Positions 37,274 through 50,520 of a DNA stretch of 64,000 nt are shown piece by piece. Numbering within the stretch: position 1 is the first letter of the stretch; each line of letters opens with the position of its first letter. A program made the translations under genes and the position numbers. This DNA comes from Oopsacas minuta (lineage: Eukaryota > Animalia > Porifera). The DNA is taken from assembly GCA_024704765.1 (NCBI GenBank), contig JAKMXF010000317.1, positions 62,001 through 126,000 on the forward strand. Direction: 5' to 3'. The notes under the pieces are model-generated. The model saw only the letters and a list, made by a program, of their open reading frames with translations. It had not been told where the DNA came from and did no database searches.

Positions 37274-40200
37274 TATATTCCATCTAAGATGCTTCATGTT
37301 CCCTTGAGATGGATATTGTGTATTTTCTTCTCTTTCATATTGTCTCATAGGGAGTATTGACAATTTACATACTATGCGTTCTTTCATTGTAGAAAATATG
37401 ATTGGAAAGTTGAAGGAAGAATGTAATAAGTGTATTTGTAACAAATTTCCACGATCTGTAATTATTATAGGAATGCTACGATTACATAATTAAATTAAAA
37501 ATGAGCAATAACTCAACATAGGGACCTGATGTTGGATTAATCGCATCAAACCTGTAAATGGATGGTATTTTCTGGGAGTGGTAAAATCGATCGAGGCACT
37601 AGAATCACTCCTATTAACCCATTTGGATTCATATATTTAAATAATAACGGAGTTCATTATGAGTCAATTGTAGGGGTAGATCTGGCAAATTTAAGTAATG
37701 AATACTTCCTAATAATTGAATTTTTATATTAGTATATGTAGTCATGATTAACCGGTGTATGCAATATATTACCTAATGTATTTGCGCAAAAATTTCGATA
37801 CTCTGTTCCAGAAAAGTAGGCACTAACTGACTTCTACTGTATGTACGCAATCATGAATATTACCATATATGGCTTTATTGATGACAATGCAATAATCTTT
37901 GTAGATATTATATCAAAATGTATTACAAGGGCATGGGAAATTGGGTATATACTATAAATCGGCAATAGTGAGTTTTGTTATATCATTGAGGGTTTTCGAC
38001 TTTGACAAATTATCACCATCCATGGTTACTACTGTAACTCAAAAAAACTGCCAACTTCATCATGACAAATTTTTATTATGATTTACAAAAGAATCTTTAC
38101 ATCATTTCGTAAATTAACTTTGAAATCAAAGATGCGATATTTGACGTTCTACAGCTCATCAAAGATTGGGTCATATTCCAAATAATACTTACTAAGCAAA
38201 GAAATTGCACTTTTTAATAATTATTTTTGCTTTGTTGGTTTGGGGACATAATATTCTACACATCTGTAATATATTTACTTGGTATAAAAGTACTGTTTGT
38301 GCGTTATGAAACCGTGCTGCATACTAATATAATATTTACCGTACACTACTATATCCCTAGCCCAAAGATTCGAGCTTGATTGAAGGCCTTATAGAGAGAA
38401 GGCTATGGTTCAGCATATGCATTTCCCACTGGATATGGCATTGTCACGTCTGGTAATTCTAGTAGTCCGTGCCTTTCGTGCTATAAAAATTCCAAGCTCC
38501 TACAATCAAAACTGTAGATTTTAATTATTTGCTAATTCATAATCACTTATTAGGCTGAAATGTGCATATTATAGTAATATATATTTAGCTGAACAATGTA
38601 TTAATCATATGTTCATCAATAACGTTACTAGATTAGAGGATATTGAGAATTTAGTGTTATGATGACGTAATAGAACAAAAATATGGAATTGACCATATTT
38701 GGGGGTGAGTACGCCTTTTGCCAAAATAAGGGTGAGGGAATGAGTTTTTTAACCTTGAAATTGTCATTTTTGAATTCAGCGCCCAAAGATTGTGTTAGAT
38801 ACCAAATTTAGTGACTAAAAATATAGAATTGACCATATTTTCAATCATACAATGTTCAGGCCTATGCATCTTTGACTGTGGTTTTACTTTGTCACGTCCG
38901 TGGTAATATAAAACAGGAAGGAGTATAAAATGAGGAACGAGTCATATAATTTTAAACTAGACCTTTGCATCAATAAATTGGAATTATTCCTAAATAGTAT
39001 TATTAAAGGAATCTTGTAAAGTACATGACATACTCGGAATAGGGGATAGGGGAACCGGAATCAGAGCCAAAGGAATCTGTAGTTGATAATTCAACTTCAC
39101 ATATTATGTAGATATCTGGATTAGTTTATTGGGTAGAATAATATTCAATGCCATGCTTAAATTCTGAAGAAAAAGTACCTGATGATACCCGAAAACCTTT
39201 GAGAAGTTCTTCATTATTATGAAACAAAATATGTACTTATAGACAAGCCAGAAGATTGACACAAGACAAAAAGCGACTTAGATTTTAAAATTGGCCATTG
39301 AGTTAAGTTACAATTACCAGGATCACTAGTCACAACACTGTCTGCCGTAGACAAAATGATTGAAGAGCTCTTCTACTGATGTACTTATAGTAAATAAGCT
39401 AAGTTAATGTTTAATTCTATGTTGAATATATTGTGTACATTCAAAATATTACAAATAGATGTGTATAATTCCATATAGATTTTAAAGTTCTGTTTAAATT
39501 GTCCACTAATACAAAGGAATTTCGTTAGAACTCCTAGCAGATTCTCGTTAGTCATTACTACGTCAATCTGATTAAAGTACATTTGTTAGAAAATGTATTG
39601 TTCAAGCAAAATTAGCTGATAAAAATTAGGAATCTTTTTTGAGGAGATCAAATTTGGTGGCAAATATGAAATATGTACTTGTTTGTTGTTCCTACATTTG
39701 TAATTCGCTGTATTTGGAAATTATTTAATTACTTAATAAACTTATAAAGAATTTGCTAAGTTACCTCTTGTAAATGAAAATTAGTATGGAAAAAGAAAAT
39801 GGTAACTAAAGCAAGTATGCTAAAGTGACTTCCTATACGTAAGAAAACAGTCATTGTGAATAGGCTCACAAGATAACAATCTATACAGCAGCTACAGTAT
39901 TGTAAAGACTAAGAAATTGAGAAATAATACATAATTTCAAAAAAATGAAAAAGTAGACATCCTGTTGTTCTTTAAGAAAATGAATTATAGAATACGATAG
40001 AAGGTCATTGTAAATTATGAAGTGATTCTGGTGGTAAGGATTTCGAGAATAGATATAAAACTTTGAGTCCGTAATACACAAAAACTGTGAACATAATGAT
40101 TTTGGAATGCTGTTGTGGGCTCTAATTTTTAGTATTTCACTATAATATTGATATAGTTAGAAAGGTTCACATCTAAACTATTGATTAGAATTAAAATAAT

Positions 40201-40469
40201 TTAGATTCAGCATGATGAAGGTTAAGAACAACAGTTTAACATTTTGTTCTTGTATAATCTAATCCATCCCCCGCAACTTACATTTCCAAATTTAACTCTG
40301 AAAGCTAATAGTTAAGCGAGTTCTAGGAAATTGCGAATTTAATCTAATTTAAGTAAACGTCAATATCTCCCAAATATAAGGAATTTCAGAATCCAATTCG
40401 AAATTTTAGACCAGTCGCTAGTCTGTCAAAATGCCCAAGAGGCTCTGGCGATCTCTATTGTGCAAAATT

Positions 40470-41410
40470 AGCAATAAAATAGGAGTCTCCACCAGAAAAA
40501 CGACTCGAAAATTCGATATCTCTCAATCATATGTTCATAAGATTATCAAAGAGAATGGTGTTACATATCGTAAACGTAGGTGAGTCCCAGATAGCAAACC
40601 CGAACAAGAATTGAGGGCTAAGTCCAGGTGTCTAAAATTACGGAGAGACTTTTTCCCCCATCAAGCACAACTCAAATTGTAATGGATGACGAATCGTATT
40701 TCGAACCAAAGGATGGCAATATCAATGTCAATAAGGATTATTATCTTTCAGAATCTCTCTCAGCCAAGTCTCTGAATCCTAGAATCAGTTATATTCGTAA
40801 ATCCAAGTACCCACCTAAACTTTTAATTTGGTTAGCAATTTCGAAAGAAGGCATATCGGAGCCATACTTTTGTCCTCGGAATCTTTCAGTTATTGGCGAA
40901 ATTTACCGAAATCAATGCATAAAAAAGCATCCAATTCCTTTCTTAGAAAAGTTTCATGATGAGGGTGAATATTACTTCTGGCCTGATCTAGCAGGTAGCC
41001 ATTATGCGAAAGATACGCTTAAACTTCTTGAAGATCTAAATATCCCATATATTCCAAAATCTGCTAACCCTCCTAATACACCTCAATTAAGGCCAATTGA
41101 GGATTTCTGGGGTTATTTGAAATCCAAAGTTTATGAAGGTGGGTGGGAAGCTAAATCCTTCAGAATGTTGAAGCAAAGGATTCGTAAATCAATTAGGCGA
41201 GTGGAATTTTCAATTGTCCAAAGGCTATTTTCAAGTGTCAAGATGAATATCCGAAAATCTGCAGACAATGGCCCATTAGCCGCGATCCATTGGGCTCTAG
41301 CTAAATTAAAATGTAATTAAACAAATATGATCGAATTATACAATACTCTGTTGATAATTGATACATGTTCAAACGGGATGAAATTTGTCTAAGTTTTTAT
41401 TGCTCCCCGT
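40470..41410 (+). mobile_element. 5'-truncated mosquito-type ITmD37E element
   Basis: VMDDESYF, FWPDLAGSHYAK and NPPNTPQLRPIEDFW (DD37E). Putative right end ...ttattgctccccgt-TA; no left TIR. Confidence 0.85.
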
Positions 41411-42009
41411 TAATGGATTCTTTTCATTTACTTTCAGCAAAACAACTATAACCAATTTAAATTCTAGAAGAGTACGAAGGTGTAGAATTTTTTCTCTTTC
41501 AAAATTTGTTAAAAATTTGGCAACTTTCCTTTCATAATGTATTGCTAGAGGCCATACAAAAGTTTGACCAATGTGAAATAGTGGTGCTTGGTGTCCGATT
41601 GATTAGCAAAGGGGAGGAGACACCCGACGAATATCTTCAATATTTCCCACATCATATTTCACCTTAATTCCATCTAGTTTAGGCTGAAGGGCTTTCAAAG
41701 AAAAATAAAAATAAAAAATATATAGGCAACCATTTCAATACTGGGCGACTATACTAAAGTACAGTCGGCACTGTAAAAAGTAAAAATTTTGAAATTTATA
41801 TATATTGCCTAAAACGGCAACACTCCTATATCGGATGATAACAATTAGGATTAAATCAGGTATACAAGTCAGTAAGATTAGTAATTGAAGTCCACATGGT
41901 CGAAGACTAGTAACTTCACACTCGTTCGATGTAAACTGAAGGAGTAATATGCATTGTAAAACACTAAAATGTCGAAATAATGGCACTTTAAGTAGCTCAT
42001 ATACAAATA

Positions 42010-44015
42010 CAGTGGAACCCCGCTTAACGGCCACCTCGATATACTGGCCACTGTTTAAAGTCCCGTTTAATATACTATAGACATTAACATCAATTTATTT
42101 CAGAATTCCGGCCACTCCGCTATTCCGAATTACGGCCATACTTTTAGAACGAAACCTTATTTTAACCTCAGAATTACGGCCAATCTTAACAATAGGAATC
42201 ACTATTGGATGTTTGTAAACGAAAACAATTTCTGGACAATTAATAACAATACATTGGAGTGTATACATATAAATGCAAAACATATTAATGAGACAGTAGT
42301 TCATACTTTATTAATAGCATCGAGCAAACGAAATGAGCTGGATCTCAAACGAAAAGTGGAGTTAATTCATAATTCTTCTGGACAATCGCATCGGCAATTG
42401 GCAGTAAGATTTAATATAGGAAAAAACCAAGTATCTTCCATACTCAAACGAAAAACAGAGTATTTGGCTGCTTATGAGAAAAATCAAAGAGGAAACAGAA
42501 AGCAGCATTGCTATTCCAACGAATTTAATGCTTGACACTGCTATGTGGGATTGGTTTCAATCTGCTCGTTTAAAAACACAACCCTCCCCGGGCCCTTGAT
42601 TCAAGAAAAAGCTTTAGAATTCTCAGCAACTTTAGGGGTTGACGAATTTAAAGCTTCAACGGCTGGCTAAATCGTTTTAATAAACGTCATAATTTAATGT
42701 GTGGAAAATAAGTGGAGAACGGGGATCAGTTGATGATACTACAATGATAGAATGGAAGGAGAAATTGCCATCTTTAATTACAGGTTATCAATTGCACGAT
42801 ATATTCAACATGGACGAGACGGGCATATTATTCCGTGCCCTTCCAGACAAGACTATGCATGAGCGGGCTAAAGGATGTACTGAAGGAAAACGCTCGAAAG
42901 ATCGAGTGACTTGCTTACTTTGTGTTAATGCGTTGAGACTTTGAGCAGACATTGATTATTGGACACTCTCTAAATCCCAGATGTTTTAAGAACATTCCGT
43001 CCTTTCATTTACCCGTAACATATCGTGCAAATAAGAAAGCTTGGATGACTAGCGCACTATACAATGAATGGCTAAATGCTTTTGACGCCAGAATGCGTAA
43101 TCAAAATCGGCATATCCTAGTGTTTTTAGATAATGCGCCATGTCACCCAAGAGGAGCTTCTTTAACCAACATAAAATTAATATTCTTACCAGCAAATATC
43201 ACTTCTGTTCTACAGCCACTCGATCAAGGTATTATCCAGTGTATGAAGTTGCATTATAGAAACGTCTTCTCCGTCGTGTGCTAAGACAGATCAATAATGG
43301 TTGTGAGGATGAAACAGTAGCGAAAAGCATTAACATCTTAGATGCTTGCCACTGGATAGTAGCTGCAGTAAAGGAAATACGTCCCAGCACAGTACAGAAA
43401 TGTTTTTCAAAATGTGGAATAAATTGAATTTCGAAGATGACACAGCAAATAACGAAGATGAAGAAATTCAAACACTAACGAAATTGCTCAACATTTCCTC
43501 GGAGCACAACATTTGTGATAATGCTATTGCTGATCCTCAATCATACGTCAACATGGATAGTGAAATTCAAGTTAATGACAATTTAGAAGGAGAATGGGAA
43601 TCGCGTATTCTGGAAAATTTACAAGAAAATGTAACACAGAAATATCTCTCTGACGAAGGTGAACCAATTGAGCACCCAGGACCGAAAAATTTGGTTTCAG
43701 CGATGCTTTATCCTGGCTTATGAATCTCAAAGTATTCTTGAAGGATAAGTCAATGACTGATGACCTCACTTTGATATCTTCTATTGAAGGTAGAGTTAAC
43801 GAAAAGGCCATTTCTGTATGTTTTCAGATAGCAAACAATCAAAGTTAGATGCATATTTTAACTAATAATTATGTATTAGCATGTTATAATTATTATGGTA
43901 TGGTAAATATTAAAAGAATATGGTTTCTTTCAAAAAGTTTCACAATTACGGCCACCCCGAAATTACGGCCATTTTTCTCGGTCCTGTGGGTGACCGTATT
44001 TCCGGGGTTCCACTG
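42010..44015 (+). mobile_element. pogo/Tigger (CENP-B-like) DD30D element, pseudogenised
   Basis: Termini cagtggaaccccg and cggggttccactg with TA TSDs. psq-HTH, IFNMDETG, FLDNAPCH and LQPLDQG, with frameshifts. Confidence 0.93.
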
Positions 44016-44432
44016 TACCTAATATCGACAGCGATTCTGCAGCAAATTTATCTAAATAGATTGTGAGCACTAAGAAAATACACTGAAAAGAACTACAGAC
44101 GCAAGAAGGTTGAGCCTGTAGATTGCTGACTAGATGCTGAAATGTTATAAGTATACCATGTAAAAGCAGCATTTAGAGGGAAATATCCCGAAAGTGGTTT
44201 TATTGGGTTTTTACACAGTATACCTTTTAAAATACCTATTAACAAATCTATAACTTGATTATTTCCAGAAATACTTTGGATTTCGACCGGTAACCCTAAT
44301 AATCGGTTGAAACATCTGGCTATAACTTAAATGAATTGTTTCTCAAATATGGGTAATTCTAGAGGATGAGCTATAGAAACAAAAAGCCACTATTGTTTGA
44401 ATCGGTAAACAATGTAAATAAGAAAATATTAC

Positions 44433-44902
44433 CTATTGGCACCCAGTTCTAACACAATTAGGAACTTAAGATGTGAGAGACATTGAATCTCAGATATCTT
44501 ATTTTGAATTAAATAGAGATTTTCTAATAGTGAGAGGGGTTCAAGGTTTTCGACCATTCGGACGTTGTTGAATGAAATATCAAGGGTGATTAAGTTAGGA
44601 ACATTGTTAAGAGGTTCTATTCTGTCAAGAAGGTTATCATAAAGATCTAACTCCTTCAAAAGAGGGAGAAATGGAATGCTCACTATTGAACTAATTTCAT
44701 TTCTTCTAAGGCATAAGATTTGAATTTGAGTAAATTGAGAAAGATCTGGTAAATGTTTTAGTCCACTGTGCATGAAATTAACTTCGGACTCATCAATAAC
44801 AGTTGTTTTCAACGAGTTTTGATTTAGAAGTTCAGAATTGCTGATATTAAATCCTTCACATTGAGGCAGGATAGTTGGGTCAGATGGATCGAAATTAGCC
44901 AT
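44433..44902 (-). CDS. PPP1R7: PP1 regulatory subunit 7 (sds22), first coding exon
   Basis: LCLRRNEI, LKELDLYDN, LDISFNN and LELGANR correspond to human LCLRQNLI, LRELDLYDN, LDISFNL and LELGSNR. Ends at a GT donor. Confidence 0.95.
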
Positions 44903-44999
44903 ATACTCTAATATAAATGGGTATGTGAGAATGCAAATACACTTACCGAGAATAAGTATTTCAACACAACTAAATGTACAATTATGTCCTGGTTATACG

Positions 45000-45540
45000 G
45001 CGAATATTTGAGATACATATGATAATATATCTGAAGAACTTTAGGACTGTGTTAATTAACATTATCCTACTAAATCTATGAATACTTTTATAATCAGATA
45101 TTTTATAGTCATACTTGTTCAGTAAATAGATAATGAGCTAATTACACATTCAATTCCTAATTGCACAAATCTCAAACGAGATGGAACAATTCCGATAGCA
45201 TATTCGAATTCTGCGGCTCCATATAACCCCAATAATACTTCAAAAATTTTACAGCAAATCTTAATGACTAATTAGCATTTATTCACTAATGAAGTTGCGC
45301 AATTATGTTTGGCACATAGCAAATATAATTGCGCAACTTCATTAGTGAATAAATTGTATTTTATTCGAGCTCTGTGCATTAGGAATTGATTATATAACAG
45401 TTCATTATCTAATTATTGAGCACAGTGTGGTTATAAAATATCAAATTATACAAACTTTCGGTGATCTAGTCAGGGTAATGTTAACTAACACAGTCATATA
45501 GTTATTTCAGACATATAATCTTATGCATTTTCAAATATTC
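45000..45540. repeat. Degenerate foldback (about 175-bp arms) with an internal 78-bp near-perfect hairpin (45277-45354)
   Basis: 45000-45175 is about 75% identical to the reverse complement of 45365-45540. Inner 30-bp perfect IR atttattcactaatgaagttgcgcaattat. Confidence 0.75.
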
Positions 45541-45986
45541 GTTTGATTGCAGGGATATGTATTTGTACAATTAGTAGTATTGAAATACTTATGCGCGGTT
45601 AGTGTATATAACGTATTACTTAGAATAATAAACCCTCCTCGAATAATCGTCCAAACTGAGGCTCCTAAACCTCAAACCTTCTTATAGTGGATCATTAATC
45701 CCCCTATATGTTGATATACCAACTGTTTTTTAGGAAAAGGACAAATAATGTAAGGGATAGCCTACTATACATAAGGCCTATTCACTCCAATAAGCCAGGG
45801 AAAACAGGGGGTCGTTTATATTATTCACCCATAACAGAATTTTACAATATTCTATCCTTTTAGAAATAAGGTTCCAGTTTGAATTATTTGTTGTTATTAT
45901 ATTATTTCACTACTGCTTCCAGATCGCTTTCTTTCTCAATCTTTGATGCTTTCAATTGCTTAGTTAAAACGGTTCATTTTCTGAGT

Positions 45987-48900
45987 ATGCCCAAATCTTG
46001 TTCCGCGCACAGACATCAAACGGGTTATTACAATGATCACGGTTGTATTCCAGTCTTCCAGATGTCATCTAATTCTCCAGATATTGAGCAAAAGTGGAAG
46101 TCATTTTTGCACAGAGATTGTGAGCCCCCAATATACAAAGTATTTTCTTATCTATTTTCCTTAGGGTTCAGGGTCTAGTTTATATTTAGAATTTTTGACT
46201 GCTATTGGTAATTTTGTGCTACTGAGTTCATATCGCCGTTCGTTAATAATTTCTTAAATTTTTTAGATGTTGGTCAACTAAAGAAAATTTACTTGTGTGC
46301 TAAGCATTTTGATCCTCAGGACATAATATACACTCAGTCATATTTAGACATTGATGGCAAGACTAGTTTCTTCAATCAGGCTTGTACGCACTATGCAAGC
46401 TAGATTGAAGAAAGGAAGATTGCCTAAGTATCCTCCCGATTGCCCTACTTACCTCAATGATAGTTCTATAAAACAACAGCGCCTTGATAGGGATAAAAGG
46501 GAAACAGAGCTACAGAAATATGGGTACAATTACACTAATGTACCTCTTTTTATTGGTAAGAGATATTAAATCACTGCTAATAGATTTGAATAGAGTATGT
46601 TCAGAGAAGAATATTAATCGAAAGAAATCCAAAATCGGATGAAAACTGACAAAGTTGGAACATTTTTGGCTACTAAGCCAAATCCTATGGAGAAATTGTA
46701 TTATCGATTAGATGCAAATAATACTAATAGAATTGCTTGCATTCGACTATGCAATATAATTGGATTGGCATATTGCATATTGCATATTGAGGTTAACGAG
46801 TAAGAGATTTTGAGCTCAGCTTAACTACGACTGTAATAATGTAACAAAAGGAATGCCAAACCACAGAAGATATACTCCTGTGGCAAGCTAACCTTATCAT
46901 ATTACATTTTGCATTTGTCAACATAAATATAGTATTTTCCCATTTATCACTTTAGAATTCTTTCAAACACGAATCCATGGCTGCTGCTTCACTAACATTT
47001 ACTCCGATGTTAATGCCAATTATTTTTCCAGATATTGGTGTTGTTCCGTTGAAAAGATTTTACCAAAGCATAGTTACTGACCAGGATGCAGTCATCAGAT
47101 GGTTGCAAGAAAATGGCCTTCTAGCAAGGGGAATGGTATGTAAATGCGGAAGATTAATGAAGATAGGGAAATTTTCCCATGCTACTGAAGAGCTAGGTTG
47201 GAGGTGCATGGAGAAAGCATGTAGAAAGGTAGCGTCACTTAGGGTAGGTGCATTCTTTGAGTCCTCTAACCTAAAACTCATAGAGCTCATTGAGTTTATC
47301 TTTCTCTGGTCAAAGGATTATCAGACTACAGAAACTTTTGAAGAAAATTTAGGATGGTCAAGGTCCACGATTACAGATTGGAAAAACTATATGCGTGACC
47401 TTTGTGTCACAAGGTATTTATCGTACCCCGAGCCTATAGGAGGACCAGGAGAAATTGTGGAAATTGATGAAAGCAAATTTGGTCATCATAAATACAGTCG
47501 TGGTAGGTTATTATCTGGCCAATGGGTGTTTGGTGGAGTTTGTAGGGGAACTAGTGACATGTTTATGATACCAGTTGCAGATAGATCGGCTTCTACACTT
47601 ATTCCATTGGTTAACGAATTTATTTGCTCAGGAAGTATCATAATGCTGACAAATGGGCTTCCTATAATCAAATACACCCCGGAACATTTCCTCATTTTAC
47701 AGTTAATCATAGCGAAAATTTTGTGGACCCAACAACAGGCGCGCATACACAAACCATTGAATCGGCTTGGGGGCATTTTACAAAAGAAGCAGATATTCGA
47801 TGACAACTAATCCGGAACTCCTCGATACTTATCTGGCAGAACATTGCTGGAGGAAGAAAAATTGTTCAAACAGTTTCAAGAACATCATTTCAGAAATTAG
47901 GTCACAATATCCTGTAGTATAGTATCTCAATTTAGACATTATTATAATGCATGTAATACCTTGCTTACTGTGTAGATTTGTTATAAATTCTTATGTGTAT
48001 GTATTGTATGTAACTAGCCACAAAAGTATATCTTCTGTGTTTCGCATTCCTTTTGTTACATTATTACAGTCGTAGTTAAGATGAGCTCAAAATATCTTAC
48101 TCGTTAACCGCAATATGCCAATCCAATTATATTGCATAGTCGAATGCAAGCAATTCTATTAGTATTATTTGCATCTAATCGATAATACAATTTCTCCATA
48201 GGATTTGGCTTAGTAGCCAAAAATGTTCCAACTTTGTCAGTTTTCATCCGATTTTGGATTTCTTTCGATTAATATTCTTCTCTGAACATACTCTATTCAA
48301 ATTTATTAGCAGTGATTTAATATCTCTTACCAATAAAAAGAGGTACATTAGTGTAATTGTACCGAAATATGTTCTCTCTATATTCTAGGCATTGAGGCTA
48401 TGTAATGTGAGCTTTGAAGAGGAACAAAGAAATTTTGCTATAGGAGTATTAGATGAACTCATTACCAGATTATCTGATATTCATGTTCCTTCTGGTTGGA
48501 TTATTTGGCACCCTGATTCTACTACCTTGGATTATGTAGATCTTACATCAACGCATCCGATAGCACTTCAAAATTCCCTTTCTATAGACCATACTCTACA
48601 AGTTATTTGTTGTCACCATGGAGCTCAAGTTGATTTTCATATTCCTATGATCAATGATATTCCTCAGATAAATACTTTGATTGATCTACTAACAAACTAT
48701 AGAGTTGATAGAGCTCCTATTGGTAAGTACTAATTATGAAATTTTGGAAGTTTTCAATTCAAAGCTAATTATATTTCTTTTAGAGATTCACAAGAACATT
48801 TCATCAGTAAGGTAGCGATTTCAATACTCGATGATATATTAGGTAATACATGCAATCGTTTGATGTGAATGTACTAATTATTATCATTTGTGACTATAAG

Positions 48901-50520
48901 TATGCACAGGTTTGCAGACTTCATAACTCAATTTTACTTTATCGTGGGCCAACTAGCGAACTCGATTGTTCTAAAACTAGACATGGTTACAATATAATCA
49001 AGATGATCCTCTCACTCAATTCTCATTTGTCGTATCATGTCTGTTATAGACAACTACGTAACATGGACTGTATATCTTTGCCACATGAATCATCACAACG
49101 TCGTTTATATTCTCGTTTTGGTTTGGACACTGAGTTTCTAACAACGGAACGGGTGGCTTTAATCAATTTGAAAGTCATCTTTGTCTAAATATGGATAAGA
49201 CACACATCAAATCTGGCATTTCATATAAAGGTTAGCTGAGTACAGTGACTTTATACGTATATAGAACTTGTACAGGAAATAATATTGTAGTAAATCCTTT
49301 ATATTTTTAGGCGGAGAGATCTATGGTGATGTAAATCACACTCTTTGAGTGTGATAGAACCTGCCACTATAATTTAATGTTTTATGATATCAAATTTTCT
49401 AAGAAATAGTCTTCAGTTGTACGATTACTCTCGTAAGTCAACCCCAAAGCTTCTGGTATACCCCTAATTACTGCGCAAATTATTAATGTTATCGAACTAA
49501 TAGGCCTCACCGTTGATGTAATCGTATCAGACAACTATCTCCTGAATGTCAATCTTTTCAAGTTGCTTGAGAATGGAAAAGACATTTTGGCCTGTAGAGT
49601 ACCCCAAGCCCTAATCAACGTTCTCTATACTTGATGTTCGATTTTATGCACATTATTAAGACCATTCAAATTACTTGCTAAATCACAAAGACTTAAACTG
49701 TACTTAAGTTATTCCAAACTTTGAAGATATCTCGCAACGTTATCCAATGTGATTGTCGCAGCAACCTCTCAGGTAATTGAACTTTAAGACAACTTTTTAT
49801 GTACAAACATACTATATTACAAACATTTAACTTATCTGTACTTAGGATTTGCGACTACAATACACATCTGAACAGCAATCTGTGGCTAATTTTGCACCTA
49901 GGAAAACTAATAAAGCCTATTGCCCTTCTACTTTATAAAGACAGAATGTGACATTAGCACTACGAATCTTCGAATATTTCAACGTTGCTGCTCATAATAT
50001 CCATAATTCCAATATGAACAATATCAGCAGATCACAGACAAGTAGCTTTATTGAAATAAGTCGAGTATGGAATATATATAACGTCAATACTCTTTGGAAA
50101 GGAATCCATAAAAACGATTCAGATAGCATACCGCTTAAGCAGAATGATCTCCGATTTTAATATTTATCTTCGATAGTTCGTTGGGCTAGAAGTATGGAGT
50201 GCATTAGGAGTTCCGCAAAGTAAGTTAACACCTTAACTTTCACAAGCTTTCGATATTCCTGCACAACACTTCCCAAACTTGTTGAATACCTTACAAAAGA
50301 TATCGGTTTCGTTATGTACTCAATTCATTTGTGCAAAAAGATCCTATCGAGCATCATTTTGGGCTGTACAGACAAACGTCAGGATCTAAATATATTATAT
50401 CAGTTTGTCAAGTACTTGAGAGCGAGAGAACGTTAAAAACTATCCAATATTCTAAAACTCTCTAATCATCGAGCAATAATCCGAAAGGATAGAGCTACTT
50501 TTACGGAATTCTTAAAACCT
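45987..50520 (+). pseudogene. P-element-like (THAP9-type) transposase gene with introns, decayed and interrupted by Merlin
   Basis: THAP domain MPKSC...W...LCAKHF, then LPHESSQRRLY, MDKTHIKSG, IVSDNY and QKDPIEHHFGLYRQTSG. GT-AG introns at 46120-46266 and 49231-49310, probably also about 48723-48783. TIRs not found. Confidence 0.8.
46523..48363 (+). mobile_element. Merlin element with about 350-bp TIRs and 8-bp TSD
   Basis: ggtacaattacac...gtgtaattgtacc with TSD GAAATATG (46515-22, 48364-71). Transposase from 46977 has VEIDESKF, DKW, TVNHSENFVDP and TIESAW, with two frameshifts. Confidence 0.95.

Larger units (their letters stand above)
33097..40412 (+). mobile_element. Candidate 7.3-kb long-TIR element (NOF/foldback-like MULE)
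   Basis: About 220-bp inverted repeats 33097-33311 and 40193-40412 (roughly 75% identity by eye) enclose NOF-like transposase remnants. No TSD. Confidence 0.55.
7961..44432 (-). other. PPP1R7: 36,472-bp GT-AG phase-2 intron of PPP1R7
   Basis: Donor GTaatatt at 44432 and acceptor AG at 7961. Joined codon AG|A gives LELGANR-IRKIEN, collinear with human LELGSNRIRAIEN. Confidence 0.85.

Noticed and set aside
7961-44432. Orientation bias of intronic TEs
   Set aside because: Transposases lie on both strands in similar numbers.
7477-44902. Two separate truncated sds22 paralogs
   Set aside because: The halves are non-overlapping, phase-compatible and indel-free at the join, and no alternative partner exon is seen near either.
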